From contig NC_052158.1 of the NCBI RefSeq assembly GCF_902713615.1, positions 64,819,791 through 64,883,790 on the forward strand: a DNA stretch of 64,000 bases. The letters run 5' to 3'. Position numbers and translations under genes: made by a program. Under the pieces are notes generated by a model. It saw nothing but the letters and a program-made list of their open reading frames with translations. It had not been told where the DNA came from and searched no databases. Source of the stretch: Scyliorhinus canicula (taxonomy: Eukaryota). Of this stretch, positions 11,506 through 23,482 are shown piece by piece. Every line of letters begins with the position of its first letter. The stretch's first letter is position 1.

Positions 11506-14500
11506 GGACTTCTGGTTGCGGTGATGCAGTGCTAAGCCGCATGTTCGGTGGCTCCCGCTATTTTTGGACTTTCGGGCTCTTTTAAGGGCCCGCAATGGCG
11601 CTGTTTTGACTTTTCCCCGGGTGGGAACGCAGCCTCTGTGCTTGGCGGCCGGTGGATGGGCTTGTCTAGAAGTGGAGCAACCAGAAAATCAACTTAGCAG
11701 CAGAAGAAGGTGCGAGGCAGAAAGGACAAGATGGTGGCGGGCGGGGAACCGGCAGCGTGGCAGCAGTGGGCGAGGGAGCAGCAGGCGTTGCTGCTGCGCT
11801 CCTTCCAGGAACTAAAGGCTGAGATCCTGGAGCCGTTGAGGGCATCGCTGGACAGGTTCGGGGGCGACTCAGACGGCTCAGGCTGTGGAGATTTTGGAGC
11901 TACAGCAGAAGGCTTCGGAGAACGAGGACGAGCCCCTGGGCCTGGCGGTGAAGGTGGAGTCGCACGAGGCACTTCACAAGAAATGGTTGGCGAGGATGGA
12001 GGAGATGGAGAATCGCTCCCGCCGGAAGAATCTGCTGATTTTGGGCCTCCCGGAGGGGCTGGAAGGTTCGGATTTGGGGGCCTACGTGGTCCTGTTGCTG
12101 AACTCACTGATAGGCGCGGGGTCGTTCCGTGGACCCCTGGAGCTGGAGGGTGCCCATCGGGTGATGCTGCGGAAGCCCAGGCCGAACGAGCCGCCCAGGG
12201 CGATGTTGGTCCGCTTTCAACGCTTGGTCGACCGTGAGTGTGTGCTTCGTTAGGCAAAGTGGGAGAGGAGTAGTAAGTGGGAGATTATGGAGATCTGGAT
12301 CTACCAGGACTGGAGTGCAGAGGTGGCGAGGAGAAGGGCTGGGTTTAACCGGGCGAAGGCAGTGCTCCACAAGAAGGGGGTCAAGTTTGGCCTTTTGCAG
12401 CCGGCATACCTGTGGGTCACCTATAAAGACCGCCAACTTTACTTTGACTCCCCGGAGGAGGCCTGGACCTTTGTCCAGGCAGAGAAGCTGTGTCTTGAAC
12501 TGGGGGCTGGGGAACATTGTACACAGCCCGGAGGCTTTGTCCTCCTGGGTATCCTTTCGCTTTTTTCTTTTTGGTTCTATTGGACGATGTATTTTTTGCT
12601 GTTCTGTTTTTTCTTGTCTGCTTTTCAGGACTGTTATCTGTTTACTTGGGTGCTTTATTATATCATGTTGCGATTTTTATTATTTCACAGGTTGCGGGTT
12701 TGGGTGGGGTTCGCGGCCCTGTTGGGTCATGTGCCTGTCTTCCTGCGTTTTGGGTCGGGGGGGGCAGGGCTTGGAATGGGGGCGCGGGCTTTTTTCCCGC
12801 GCTGGAGAAGCAGGGGGCGGGGGCGGCATTGGGGGAATGGGTGTGTGTCACTGGGGAGGGTAATTGGGGTCGCAGGAGCAGCCGGGGTCAGCAGGAGTCG
12901 GCTGACTTACGGAAGTACAATGACTGGAGTTACGCAGCTAGGGGGGCCCTAGCTTGGGTGGGGTGGGGAGGTTTGAGGGGGGGGATACCAGGTTGCTGCT
13001 GGAATGGCCAAGAAGGAGCTGGAGCGTGTAGAGGGGGTCGGGATGGGGGTCTGTCGCTGTGGGGAACGGGCTGAGCGGGGGGCGCGGGCACGTGGCGGAA
13101 GGGGTGGGTGGGCCAAGTGTTTCATTCGGGGCTGGATCCAAAAAACCGGGGGGCTGAGGGAGCAGCGCAGCCTTCGGGCTGAGTTCGACCAGAAATGCGG
13201 AGGCTCGATGGAGAAAGGCTCAGGGTGCGGTGTACGAGTATGGGGAGAAGGCGAGCAGGATGCTGGCACACCAGCTCCGTAAGTGGGATGCGGCCAGGGA
13301 GATTGGTGGTGTTAAGGATCAGGGAGGAAATGTGGTGTGGAGGGGGGTAAACATTAATGGGGTGTTCAGGGACCTTTATGAGGAAACTATATCGATCCGA
13401 ACCTCCGGCGGAGGAGGGGGCGATGGGGCGCTTTTTAGACCGGCTGAGATTTTCGAGGGTGGAGGAGGGACGGGTGGAGGGTCTGGGGGTGCCAGTTGAG
13501 CTCGAGGAGCTGGTTAAAGGGATAGGGAACATGCAGATGGGGAAGGCGCCGGGGCCGGATGGGCTCCCGGTTGAATTTTACAAGACTTATGCGGACCTGC
13601 TGGGCCCCCTGTTGGTTAGGACCTTTAACGAGGCAAGGGGGGGGGGGGGGGGGGGGGGGGGGGGGGCTTTGCCCCCGACGATATCTCGTGCGCTGATCTC
13701 CTTGATTCTTAAGCGAGACAAGGATCCCCTGCAGTGTGGGTCATAGAGGCCGATCTCACTCTTGAATGTGGACGCCAAGTTGTTGGCAAAGATCTTAGCC
13801 ACGAGGATTGAGGACTGTGTGCCGCAGGTTATTCACGAGGATCAAACGGGGTTTGTGAAGGGGAGGCAGCTGAACACTAATATACGGAGGCTCTTGAACG
13901 TTATAATGATGCCGGCGGTGGAAGGGGAGGCGGAGATAGTGGTGGCGCTAGATGCAGAGAAGGCCTTTGATTGGGTCGAGTGGGGGTACTTGTTGGTGGT
14001 GCTGGAAATGTTCGGGTTTGGGGAGGGGTTTGTTAGTTGGGCGAGGCTGTTGTCTGAGGCCCCGATGGCGAGTGTGGCCATGAATAAGAGGAGGTCGGAG
14101 TATTTTCGATTGTATCGAGGGACGAGGCAGGGGTGTCCCCTGTCCCCCTTACTTTTTGCGCTGGCAATTGAACCCCTGGCTATGGCGCTGAGGGAGTCGG
14201 GGGATTGAAGGGGGCTGGTCCGGGGTGGGGAGGAGCACCGAGTGTCGTTCTACGCGGTTTGTTATATGTGGCGGACCCGGTGGAGGGAATGCCAGTGGTG
14301 ATGGGGATTCTTTGGGAATTTGGGGATTTCTCAGGGTATAAGCTTAACTTTGGGAAAAGCGAGTGTTTGTGGTACACCCGGGGGACCAGGAGGGGGAGAT
14401 TGGGAGGCTTCCGCTGAAAAGGGCAGAGAGGAGCTTCAGGTACTTGGGCGTTCAGGTGGCCAGGAGCTGGGGGGCCTTGCATAAGCTTAACCTCACAAGG

Positions 14501-16117
14501 CTGGTGGAGCAAATGGAGGAGGAGTTTAAGAGGTGGGACATGCTGCCGCTGTCTCTGGCGGGTAGGGTGCAGTCAGTGAAGATGACTGTGCTCCCGAGGT
14601 TTCTGTTCCTGTTCCAGTGCCTTCCCATCCTTATCCCGAAGGCCTTTTTCAGGCGGGTTAACAGGAGCATTGCAGGATTTGTGTGGGCGCACGGGACCCC
14701 GAGGGTGAGAAGGGTGTTTCTGGAGAGGGGCAGGGATAGTGGGGGGGCTGGCGCTGCCCAACCTCTGGGTATTATTGGGCTGCCAACGCAGCGATGGTGC
14801 GTAAGCGGGTAATGGATGGGGAGGGGGCAGAATGGAAGAGGATGGAGATGGCATCCTGTGTGGGCACGAGCCTGGAAGCGCTGGTAACGGCGCCGTTGGC
14901 CGCTCCCTCCAACGAGGTATACCACGAGCCCGGTGGTGGCGGCTACCCTCAAGATTTGGGGGCAATGGAGGCGGCACAGGGGGGAGGTGGGGGCCTCGAT
15001 GGGGTCCCCAATAGGGGGGAACCACCGGTTTGTTCCGGGGAGAATTGATGGCGGTTTCCTGAGTTGGCACAGGGCAGGTGTCAGGAGGCTGGGGGACCTG
15101 TTCATAGATGGGAAGTTTGCGAGCCTGGGTGAGCTGGAGGGGAAGTTTGGGCTCCCCCCAGGGAACACCCTTAGGTACATGCAAGTAAGGGCGTTTGTCA
15201 GGCGGCAGGTGGCGGGGTTCCCTCTGCTGTCGCCGCGTGGGGTCCAGGACAGGGTGCTCTCGGGGGTATGGGTTGGAGAGGGGAGGATCTCGGAAGTGTA
15301 CCAGGTGATGCAGGAGGTAGACAAGGCCTCGGTGGAGGAGCTGAAAGGTAAATGGGAGGAGGAGCTGGGTGAGGAGATTGAGGAGGGGACATGGGCGGAT
15401 GCCCTGGAAAGGGTGACTCCTCTTCCTGTGTGAGGCGTAGCTTCATACAGTTTAAGGTGCTGCATAGGGCTCATATGACCGGGACAAGGATGAGCCGTTT
15501 TTTTTGGGAGCGAGGACAGGTGTGTTAGGTGCTCTGGGGGCCCAGCAAACCATGTCCATATGTTCTGGGCATGCCCAGCGCTGGGGGAATTTTGGAAGGG
15601 TGTAGCAAGGATGGTATCAAGGGTAGTAGGATCCAGGGTCAATCCAGGCTGGGGACTCGCAATATTTGGGGTTGCAGTGGAGCCGGGAGTGCAGGAGGCG
15701 AAAGAGGCCGGTGTTCTGGCCTTTGCGTCCCTAGTAGCCCGGCGGAGGCTTCTTCTTCAGTGGAAGGATGCAAGGCCCCCAAGCGTGGAGGCCTGGGTCA
15801 ACGATATGGCGGGGTTTATTAAATTAGAGAGGGTGAAATTTGCCCTAAGGGGGTAAGTGCAGGGGTTTTTCAGGCGATGGCAACCATTCCTAGATCTCCT
15901 GGCAGAACGGTAAAATCAGAAGGTCAGCAGCAGCAGCAACCTGGGGGGGGGTCTCTTTGTTTTTGTTTTGGGTTGAATCTTTGCCGACGACGGGCGTTTA
16001 TTTATTGTTTCTCTTTTGTATATATGGGAGAGGGGGTTTGTTCTTTTTGTTCTTAGATTTTTCTGTTACTGTTTTCTTTTTTGTGAAAATTTTAATAAAA
16101 ATTATTTTTTTTTAAAA
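11506..16117 (+). mobile_element. L1-clade LINE, both ends present, ORF1+ORF2 disrupted, endonuclease largely deleted
   Basis: ORF1 RRM motifs (ENRSRRKNLLILGLPEG, LELEGAHRV). RT motifs (LDAEKAFD, RGTRQGCPLSPLLF; YADD damaged by a small deletion). Zinc knuckle and aataaa + A tail. Degenerate TSD aacattgtt(a/g)ttt at 11492 and 16118. Confidence 0.92.
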
Positions 16118-16419
16118 AACATTGTTGTTTGATGCCAGTTCGTTGACCTCAATAACGACCTCTGGTCAAACTAAATTTGTCAAGCCAGCTTTTTGGCGAG
16201 CTGGTTTTCGGACCAATGTGCTCTGCCACAGAGTGATGTGAGGAAAGTTATTCCCCTCCCTAGTTGTTTTTGTACTGGGCCCTGTTCCTTGGTGACACAG
16301 ATGAGTGGATTTCTATGCCTTTATAACATATGGCTCTGAATTGTTAACTGATGATCTTTTGTTTTCTGGCAATGGCTTGACGGTTCACCTGAATTATATC
16401 ATGTTTTATTTTGCTGAAG

Positions 16420-16556
16420 CTACAAGAAAAGCACAAAGTCAGCGGTGGGAATCTGGGTGCCATTGAAGAGCTGGAGAATGCTTTTAACCTGGCTGAAGAG
16501 TCCTGTCCAGGCATTTCAGATAAACTGGTAGCACACATGGTGGAGCGTGTACGAAG
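16420..16556 (+). CDS. STK25: STK25 penultimate coding exon, 137 nt, phase 0 to 2
   Basis: ttgctgaag|CTA CAA...CGA AG|gtgagt. Encodes LQEKHKVSGGNLGAIEELENAFNLAEESCPGISDKLVAHMVERVR, the GCKIII C-terminal helical domain. Confidence 0.95.
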
Positions 16557-16774
16557 GTGAGTGAAACACGGAAAGCAAGCCGTGTTTACACATACATTTG
16601 CAAGATGAAGGGAATGAGCATTAGATTTCCATGCAGTATTCGCGATTCTTCATTTTTTTATGAGCCAGTGTGTTTTAATATGTTGGGATTGTACAGAGCT
16701 GGATGAAGTAATCCTGGTCCCACTCGATGGCTGCCTACATTGGCTCACTAAAAGAGGTCTTATGCCTAAATAGA

Positions 16775-18101
16775 AACATGGAAAATAAGAGCAGGAGGAG
16801 GCTGTTTGGCCCTTTGAGCCTGCTCTGTCATCCATTTTGATCATGGCTGGCCCTCCAACTCCGTAACCTGTTCCCGCTTTTTCCCCCTTTTCCTTTGATC
16901 CCTTTACCTCCAAGAGCTAGATCTAACTCCCTCTTGAAAACATGCAATGTTTTGGCCTCAACTGCTACCTGTGGTAGCGAATTCCACAGGCTCCCACTCT
17001 CTGGGTGAAGAAATTTCACTTAATCTCAGTCCTAAAAGGTTTACCCTGTCTCCTTAGAGTGTAACCACTGGTTCTGGACAGCCCCACCATCAGGATCGTC
17101 CTTCCTACATCTACCCTGTCTAGTCCTGTTAGAATTTTATAGGTTTCTGTGGGTTCCCCCCCACCTCATTCTTCTGAACTCCAGTGAATATAGCTCTAAC
17201 AGACTCGATCGCTCCTCGTATGTCAGTCCTGCCATCCCAGGAATCAGTCCAGCAAATCTTCTCTGCGCACCCACTATAGCGAGAACATCCTTCCACAGAT
17301 AAGGTGACCAAAACTGTATGTAATATTCCAGGTGTGGCCTCACCAAGGCCGCATATAATTGCAGCAAGACATCCCTGTTCCTGTGTTTGAATTCTCTTGC
17401 TATGAAGGTCAATGTACCATTTGCCTTCTTTACTGCCTGCTGCACCTGCATGCTTTCCCTCAACGACTGGTGTACAAGGACATCCAAGTCTGGTTGCACA
17501 TTCCCCTCTCTTAAATTATAGCCACTCCGATAATCTGCCTTCCTGTTTTTAGTACCAAAGTGGATATCTTCGCATTTATCCACATTATACTCCATTTGCC
17601 ATGCATCTGCCCACTCACTCAACTTGTCCAAATTACACGGAAGCATCTCTACATCCTCCTCACAGCTCTCACCCCGCCTCCCTCCGCAAACCATCCAGCT
17701 TTGCGTCATCTACAAATTTAGAGATACTACATTTATGAAAAATGAAAATCGCTTATTGTCACGAGTAGGCTTCAATGAAGTTATTGTGAAAAGCCCCTAG
17801 TCGCCGCATTCCGGCTCCTGTCCGGGGAGGCTGGTACGGGAATCAAACCGTGCTGCTGGCCTGCTTGGTCTGCTTTAAAAGCCAGCGATTTAGCCCAGTG
17901 AGCTAAACCAGCCTCTTATCTAACCAGTTCCCTATCTAAATCATTGATATATATTGTGAATAGCTGGATCCTAGCACCGAACCCTACGGTACACCACTAA
18001 GCACTGCCTAACAATCCGAAAAAGATCTGTTTATTCCTACTCTTTGTTCTCTGCCTGCCAACCAGTTTTCTATCCATCTCAATACACTGCCCCCAATCCC
18101 A
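16775..18101 (-). mobile_element. CR1 LINE 3' part (RT C-half, 3' UTR) of the chimeric CR1-MHC element
   Basis: (H)GIGGSVLRW...GVP.G, FVDDAKL, ORF 17137-17709 with QQAVKKANG, LVRPHLEY; CR1-type 3' tail near 16775. Confidence 0.88.
17735..17915 (-). mobile_element. tRNA-derived SINE inserted into the CR1
   Basis: Reverse complement of gaggctggtttagctcactgggctaaatcgctggcttttaaagc...gtgacaataag. Confidence 0.85.
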
Positions 18102-18526
18102 GGACTGGTTGGTCCTGGACATGAGGGTCGGAATATCAACTTTGAAAAACTGCTCCTGCTCCCATGCGAGAAACTTCTTCCGTTCCCAGGATTTAGGACC
18201 CTCGCTGTCCACCATCCACTGCTCCTGGGGAATCAACTCCTTCCGATTGTTGTCGTACACAACAAACTGCACATCGTCCACATAACCGACAATCACGAAC
18301 TCCAATAATCCAGGGATTGGAGACATACCCGTGAAGAAATACCGGAGAGAATGAGAGCCTGCAGACACCTGTCCACACAGAAGGAGCAGAACTATCAGTC
18401 CAATCATTGTTCCTTTCCTCAGGCTGGAGGAAATATTTCAAGTGAAATTTTTCTCTAAGAATAGGGAAATTTTCAACTTGGAAGTTCCATCTTGTCTTGT
18501 TCACAGTGAGCCTCAATCGGATTGGC
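18102..18526 (-). pseudogene. MHC class I heavy-chain fragment (119-nt 5' leader + signal peptide + alpha1), intronless, embedded in CR1
   Basis: ATG at 18407. 102 open codons MIGLIVLLLLCGQVSA-GSHSLRYFFTG...FVIVGYVDD..F..YD...W....W...LMSRTNQS, with class I alpha1 hallmarks (SHSLRYF, VGYVDD, NQS glycan site). Leader joined directly to alpha1; no alpha2/alpha3. Confidence 0.92.
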
Positions 18527-18880
18527 CTCTACCTCCCTTCTTAAATAATGGGTTTCCAGTAACTACCTTCAAACCTGCAGGAGCTGTTCCAGGGTCTATA
18601 GAATCTTGGAAGATGACCACCAATGCATCCACTATTTCTAGAGCCACTTTCTTAAGAACTCTGGGATGTAGATTATCAGTCCCTGGGGATTTATCAGCCT
18701 TCAATCACATCAATTTTCCCAAATACCATTTCTCTACTAATACTGATCTCCATCAGTTCCTCCCTCTCACTGAACTGTGTGCTCCCCAGAATTTCTGATA
18801 TGTTATTTGTGCCCTCTTTCGTGTAGACAGAACCAAAGTATGTATTTAGTTGGTCAACCATTTCTTTGTTCCCCTTCAAT
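18527..18880 (-). mobile_element. CR1 LINE 5' part (pre-RT) of the chimeric element, 5'-truncated
   Basis: GNKEMVDQLNTYFGSVYTKE..., KADKSPGTDNLHPRVLK..., PLFKKGGR, ending at the MHC junction. Confidence 0.88.
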
Positions 18881-19009
18881 TCAGTTCACCTGCCTTTAGC
18901 TACTCTGAAGCTGGGTGAACATTTTACTTTTTGAGGTGCTTTACATTTCACTAAAACGGTTCTGCTGTCAGGTTAAGAATGCCAGTTTTAGCCACATAAA
19001 TATGGGCGG

Positions 19010-19730
19010 AGTCATAGATGTCCACAGCACAGAAAAGGCCATTCAGCCCAACGCGTCTGTGTCGGTCAAAAAACAACCACTAAGTATTCATTTTTCAGCA
19101 CTTGGCCCATAGCCTTGTATGCCCTGTCATTGCATGTGCACATCTCCTCTCCTGTTCAATGTTATGAGGGTTTCTGCCTCCACCACTCTTTCAGGTAGAG
19201 AGTTCCAGACTCCCATCACACTCTGGGTGAAAATGTTTTTCCTCTCATCCCTTCTCAACCTCCTGCCCCTTCCCTTAAGTCTATGCTTCCTGGTCATTGA
19301 CCCCTTCATCAAGGGAAAACTTTCTTCCTGTATACTATGACCTTCATAATTTTATACATCTGAACCGTGTTCCCTCCTTCAATCTCCTCTGCTCCAAGGA
19401 AAACAACCCCAGTCTATCAAATCTCGGTTCATAACTAAAACTCTCCATTCTGGTAAATCTCCTCTGCACCCTTTCCAATGCTGTCACATCCCCCCCCCCC
19501 CCCTATAATGTGGATTCCAGAACTGCACCCAGTACTCTACGTGCGACCGAATCAAAGTTTTATACAGTTCCAGCAAAATCTCCCTGCTCTTAAACTCTGT
19601 GCGTCGGTTAATTATGGCAAGCATACCATCGGCCTTAACTACTATATCCACCTGCTCTGCTATCTTAAGGGATCAGTGTACATGCACACTAAGATCCTTC
19701 TCATCCTCGGTGCTAACCAGAGTCCTGCCG
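19010..19730 (-). mobile_element. CR1 LINE 3' fragment
   Basis: TRKHRLKGRGRRLRRDERKNIFTQSVMGVWNSLPERVVEA is typical of the CR1 C-terminus. Confidence 0.7.
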
Positions 19731-19889
19731 TTTATCATGCATTCATGTGGATTGATGATGTCCTGGCTCATCTATGCAGGATCAGAGGACCAGACAGCTG
19801 CCAGAAGAGGCTTGCAATGTCAGCTTGGTCAACTCAATGGCACAATAACTTTGAACCAAAGCTAATATGGACTTGAGCAAATAAACAAC

Positions 19890-20190
19890 TAGTGCAATGC
19901 AAGGAGTGTTGCATTGCCAGAGCTGTTATCTATCTGATGTGACATTAAACTAGGTCACTGTGTTCCTGCTCAAGCGGATGTCAAAGATCTCACAGCACCA
20001 TTCAGAGAGAAGAGGAGTCTTTATGGTCTGTCTAGTGCCACGAAACAGATTAATTAATGAATTAATAACAGACCGTTCAACTCACTTGTGATCTTGCGTA
20101 CTGGCTGTCACGTCTGTCTCAAAAACAGTAACTGCTCTTGAAAAGCAGTTCATTGTTTTGTGGGGTGTTTTGGATTAGGTGGGTGTGATA
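19890..20190 (+). mobile_element. Ancient Deu-domain SINE-like remnant
   Basis: Degenerate ...cattaaac...ggatgtcaaagatctcacagcaccattc...agaggagt similar to the DeuSINE core. Confidence 0.4.
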
Positions 20191-20799
20191 GGTGCTAGAT
20201 AGATTCTGAATGGTTACTGCTCAGAAGGGGGGCTTTCGGCCCTTCATGCCTGCTGTTTGCAAGAACAACTCAGCCACTCACACGCCAATCATTTCCCTCT
20301 AGCCCTGCAGACCTCTCTCTTATGTTGCTTATCCAATTCATTTTGAAAGCCCTGATTGAATCTGCCTCCACCATACTCTGAGGTAGCGCATTGCAGGACC
20401 TAACCACCCAGTTTCACTTTGCTTTATTGTCAATACAGAAATTAATTTCGGGCACATTGTTCATTTAAAAATTGTATAGAAACAATAAAAGAAAGAAAAT
20501 TACCCGATCGGAAATCTAACTTTGTAATAAAATCTATCACAATACATTAATACAACCAGTCAGTGTGTCCCATCTGGCGTTCATATCCTCACCAATATAC
20601 AAACTCCTGTTAAAAGTTTCATAGCAAGGCACAAATAAGTTGAGGAATCAATTTGACCTGGATCTGAGGGATTATAGCCTTTTCCCTGAACACAAACCAG
20701 CAGTAATACTGAAACAAGGAGTGATTCTCATTGTTCATGATGCTCTTTACTTTCATCAAAATTCTTAGAGCAGATTTCATCAAGAAAGATTCACTTATC

Positions 20800-20960
20800 T
20801 GGGGAGTTGAAGGCCAGGTTATGGGAGGAGGCCCTGAGGAATGTTAATGCATCCTTGCCGTGTGCCAGGCTCAGCCTGATACAGCCTGATACATGACTGT
20901 GGCCCGGATGAGCAGGTTCTTTGAGGAGGTGGAGGATAGGTGTGGGCGCTGTGGGTGAAT
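20800..20960 (+). mobile_element. Small L1 ORF2 C-terminal fragment
   Basis: LWEEALRNVNASLPCARLSLIQ...ARMSRFFEEVEDRCGRC. Confidence 0.65.
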
Positions 20961-21689
20961 ATAAATGCAAGTTTTTTTGTTCTTTGTTGATGTGGATTAA
21001 AGAAGGCCCCAGAAGTTGAAAGAAGGTTGTGCTGAACTCGCTCTGACTTCTCAGTTTATATATTGTCTCCATGGTCAGTGTGCAGCCTCCCAACCATTCC
21101 CTCTGCGATGGACAAGGTATCCCTAAAATAAAGGCGCCCCTTCCCTTGATTGTTGAAGGGCATTAAAACAGGGGGCATTACCGTTGGGGAAAATTGGGGT
21201 TCAGCAGAAAGTGGGTAGTTGGAGTAACAACCGCATGATGCGTCCTGTGTCCATTTTAAGGAAAGCATTTCAACCACACACTTTGTAATTCTACTGGGAA
21301 AACCAGTTCTAATCTCCATTTTCTCTGTTCAATCTGTTGCTCTAATATTGGGTATTATAAGGATCTGACCTTAAGCATTGATCTCTATGAATTATTGTTG
21401 ATATTGGTACCATGTGAAATTGATCAAGTTTAATTTTTTTTTTAACTTTTCAGTTGTGTAATAGAAATGGTTAAGTAAAGTATCATATTTAATTGAACAG
21501 TTCCACCCAGTGGTAGGATTTTGTAAATCCCTGTTAAATTATCTTTGAATACTTAATGGTCAGACAGCACTCAGTCTCTTACACAGCTCTGTTTTACCTG
21601 TTTTTAGATTCTTTATTAATCATGTATTGCAGCTTGTGTCTGTTGCACTGAACTCTGATGCACATTCCAGGTTGCCATGCTCATTGAGC

Positions 21690-21830
21690 GTTTAGATAGG
21701 CACGTGAAGTGCCATAGCATACAAAGTTACGGACCAAGTGCTGGAAAATGGGATTAGAATAGATTGGTGCTTGGTGGCTGGCACAGACATGAAGGGCCGA
21801 AGGGCCTCTTGATATGCCGTAAAACTCTGG
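21690..21830 (+). mobile_element. CR1 3' tail fragment
   Basis: ggaccaagtgctggaaaatgggattag...gggccgaagggcct. Confidence 0.55.
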
Positions 21831-22605
21831 ACAACACTTGCTTTTTCTCTCTCCCTGACTCTTGCACCTTTCCTCTTTGGCTCTGTCTCTTGCTGTACAT
21901 AATCACTCAGTCATGTGGGGGTGCTGAGGGTATAGACCGTGTAAGGAGAGGAGCGCATGAGTGGGATCAGTAGAGTAGGCACCATGGAGATGGAGGTGAC
22001 ACGAGAGAATGTGTTGGAAATAAGAAAAGGGGGCAAAGCGAGTACACCAAACTTGCAAGTTGGACAGAACGAATCTCACATATTTAAAGGAGTAAATTAT
22101 TTCATTGTTTCCGTGTTAGGTAGCGACACACAAAATCTAAAATCCTAAACATGGCACACAGCATCATTGGGAGATTTATCTCAAATGCATACATTTTTGG
22201 TTCCAATTGACAGCATTGTCGTCTTTGTGGTGAAATAACCTTGGGGCGTGCGCACTTGGCATGAAGAATGTAGTGTTGGAGAAGATCATTTTGGTCTATT
22301 TGACAAGTTCCAAAGATCAAACAATACCAAACTTTAACCGAAATAAATGAGAGAGGTTGCATTTCGCTGTGATAAACAGGAGCATCACCTCGTGCTTTAG
22401 AAAATAAAGTGAATGGGATAGAAGAGCAAATAATCAAACACAGCATCTCAGGTCAGCAAAGCAATAAAAAAATGTTACCAAAGCACTAGGACTTATTTCT
22501 ATGATATAGAATTCAAAAGTAATGAAGTTATGTTAAACTTGTATTGGACCCTAGCCATACTCCATTGAGAGCAGATCTGAACTCCATCCTATTAAAAATG
22601 GCACT

Positions 22606-22803
22606 GGAGCAGCGCAGTGGTTAACACTGCTGCCTACGGCATTGAGGACCCGGTTACTGTCCGTGTGAAGTTTGCACATTCTCCCCGTGTCTGCATGGGT
22701 TTCACTCCCACAACCCAGAGATGTGCAGGTTAGGTGGATTGGCCATCCTAAATTGTCCCGTAATTTGGGGGGAGAAAATAGAGTACTCCAAATTTTTTTT
22801 TAA
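22606..22803 (+). mobile_element. V-SINE, A/T-tailed form
   Basis: A-box, V-domain, gagtactccaaattt tail. Confidence 0.75.
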
Positions 22804-23442
22804 AGAAACTGGAGGAAATGCCAGAAGAAGATTAAGAAAGAAGGTACCAGAACCGAGAGATTACTGCTATTGGGAAAGGTTGAAAAGTTGAGGCTCTTCT
22901 TCAGCATAAGGGTTATATTAACAGGACAAGTAATTCAGATGCCTGATCTAATGATCCAGAAACATGAGTTTAAATCCCCATACCCAATCTGGTATTTATG
23001 TGACTCCCGACCCACAGCCATGTGATTGACTCAGAACTACCCTCTGAAATGGGCCCAGCAAGCCAATCAGTTACATCAAACTGCTAAGCCACCTAGCATC
23101 GACCTAGGCACCCTACAAAGTCCTCTTCTAACATCTGAAAACTGGTACAAAAATTAGGAGAACTGTCCCCAGACTAATTAAACAACAACCCAACATAGTC
23201 TACTCGCAGAATTGGAGATAGTGAGGATTGGGCTCAACGGTGATGTTGTTTCTTCATGGTTTAAAAGCCCGCTGACTCTATTTGCGGATTTGAACGGTAA
23301 AAATTCAGTCCCTCCACTTGGGGATGGAGGGTGCCGAGTGGATGGAGATTGTCGCCTCCACAAGAAGGTGAAAATGTGTCGAGTGAATTGAAACTGCTCT
23401 TTCTGACTTGTTGCTCTTGCCCTCCATCCCCCACCCCCTCAG

Positions 23443-23482
23443 GTATTCGTTAAGCAGATCCAGCAAGAATTCAGCGCGGTGA
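23443..23482 (+). CDS. STK25: STK25 last coding exon (40 nt including TGA)
   Basis: Pyrimidine tract ccctccatcccccaccccctcag|G TAT TCG TTA AGC AGA TCC AGC AAG AAT TCA GCG CGG TGA. Phase 2 fits. RYSLSRSSKNSAR* has the same length and ends as the mammalian tail I recall (RFSHNRNHLTSTR*). Confidence 0.8.

Noticed and set aside
14452-15642. 396-aa minus-strand ORF, and the similar ORFs at 32230-33012 and 4159-5417
   Set aside because: Antisense shadows of GC-rich L1 ORF2/3'UTR; no independent domain signal
17997-18407. A functional MHC class I gene, or a 136-aa MHC-CR1 fusion protein
   Set aside because: No alpha2/alpha3/TM exons nearby; the last 34 residues are out-of-frame CR1; it lies inside a LINE, antisense to STK25
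18900-18918. Alternative STK25 last exon (tgcctttag|C TAC TCT GAA GCT GGG TGA); also candidates near 19787 and 21608
   Set aside because: The exon at 23443 has a better acceptor and matches the known C-terminus in length and terminal residues
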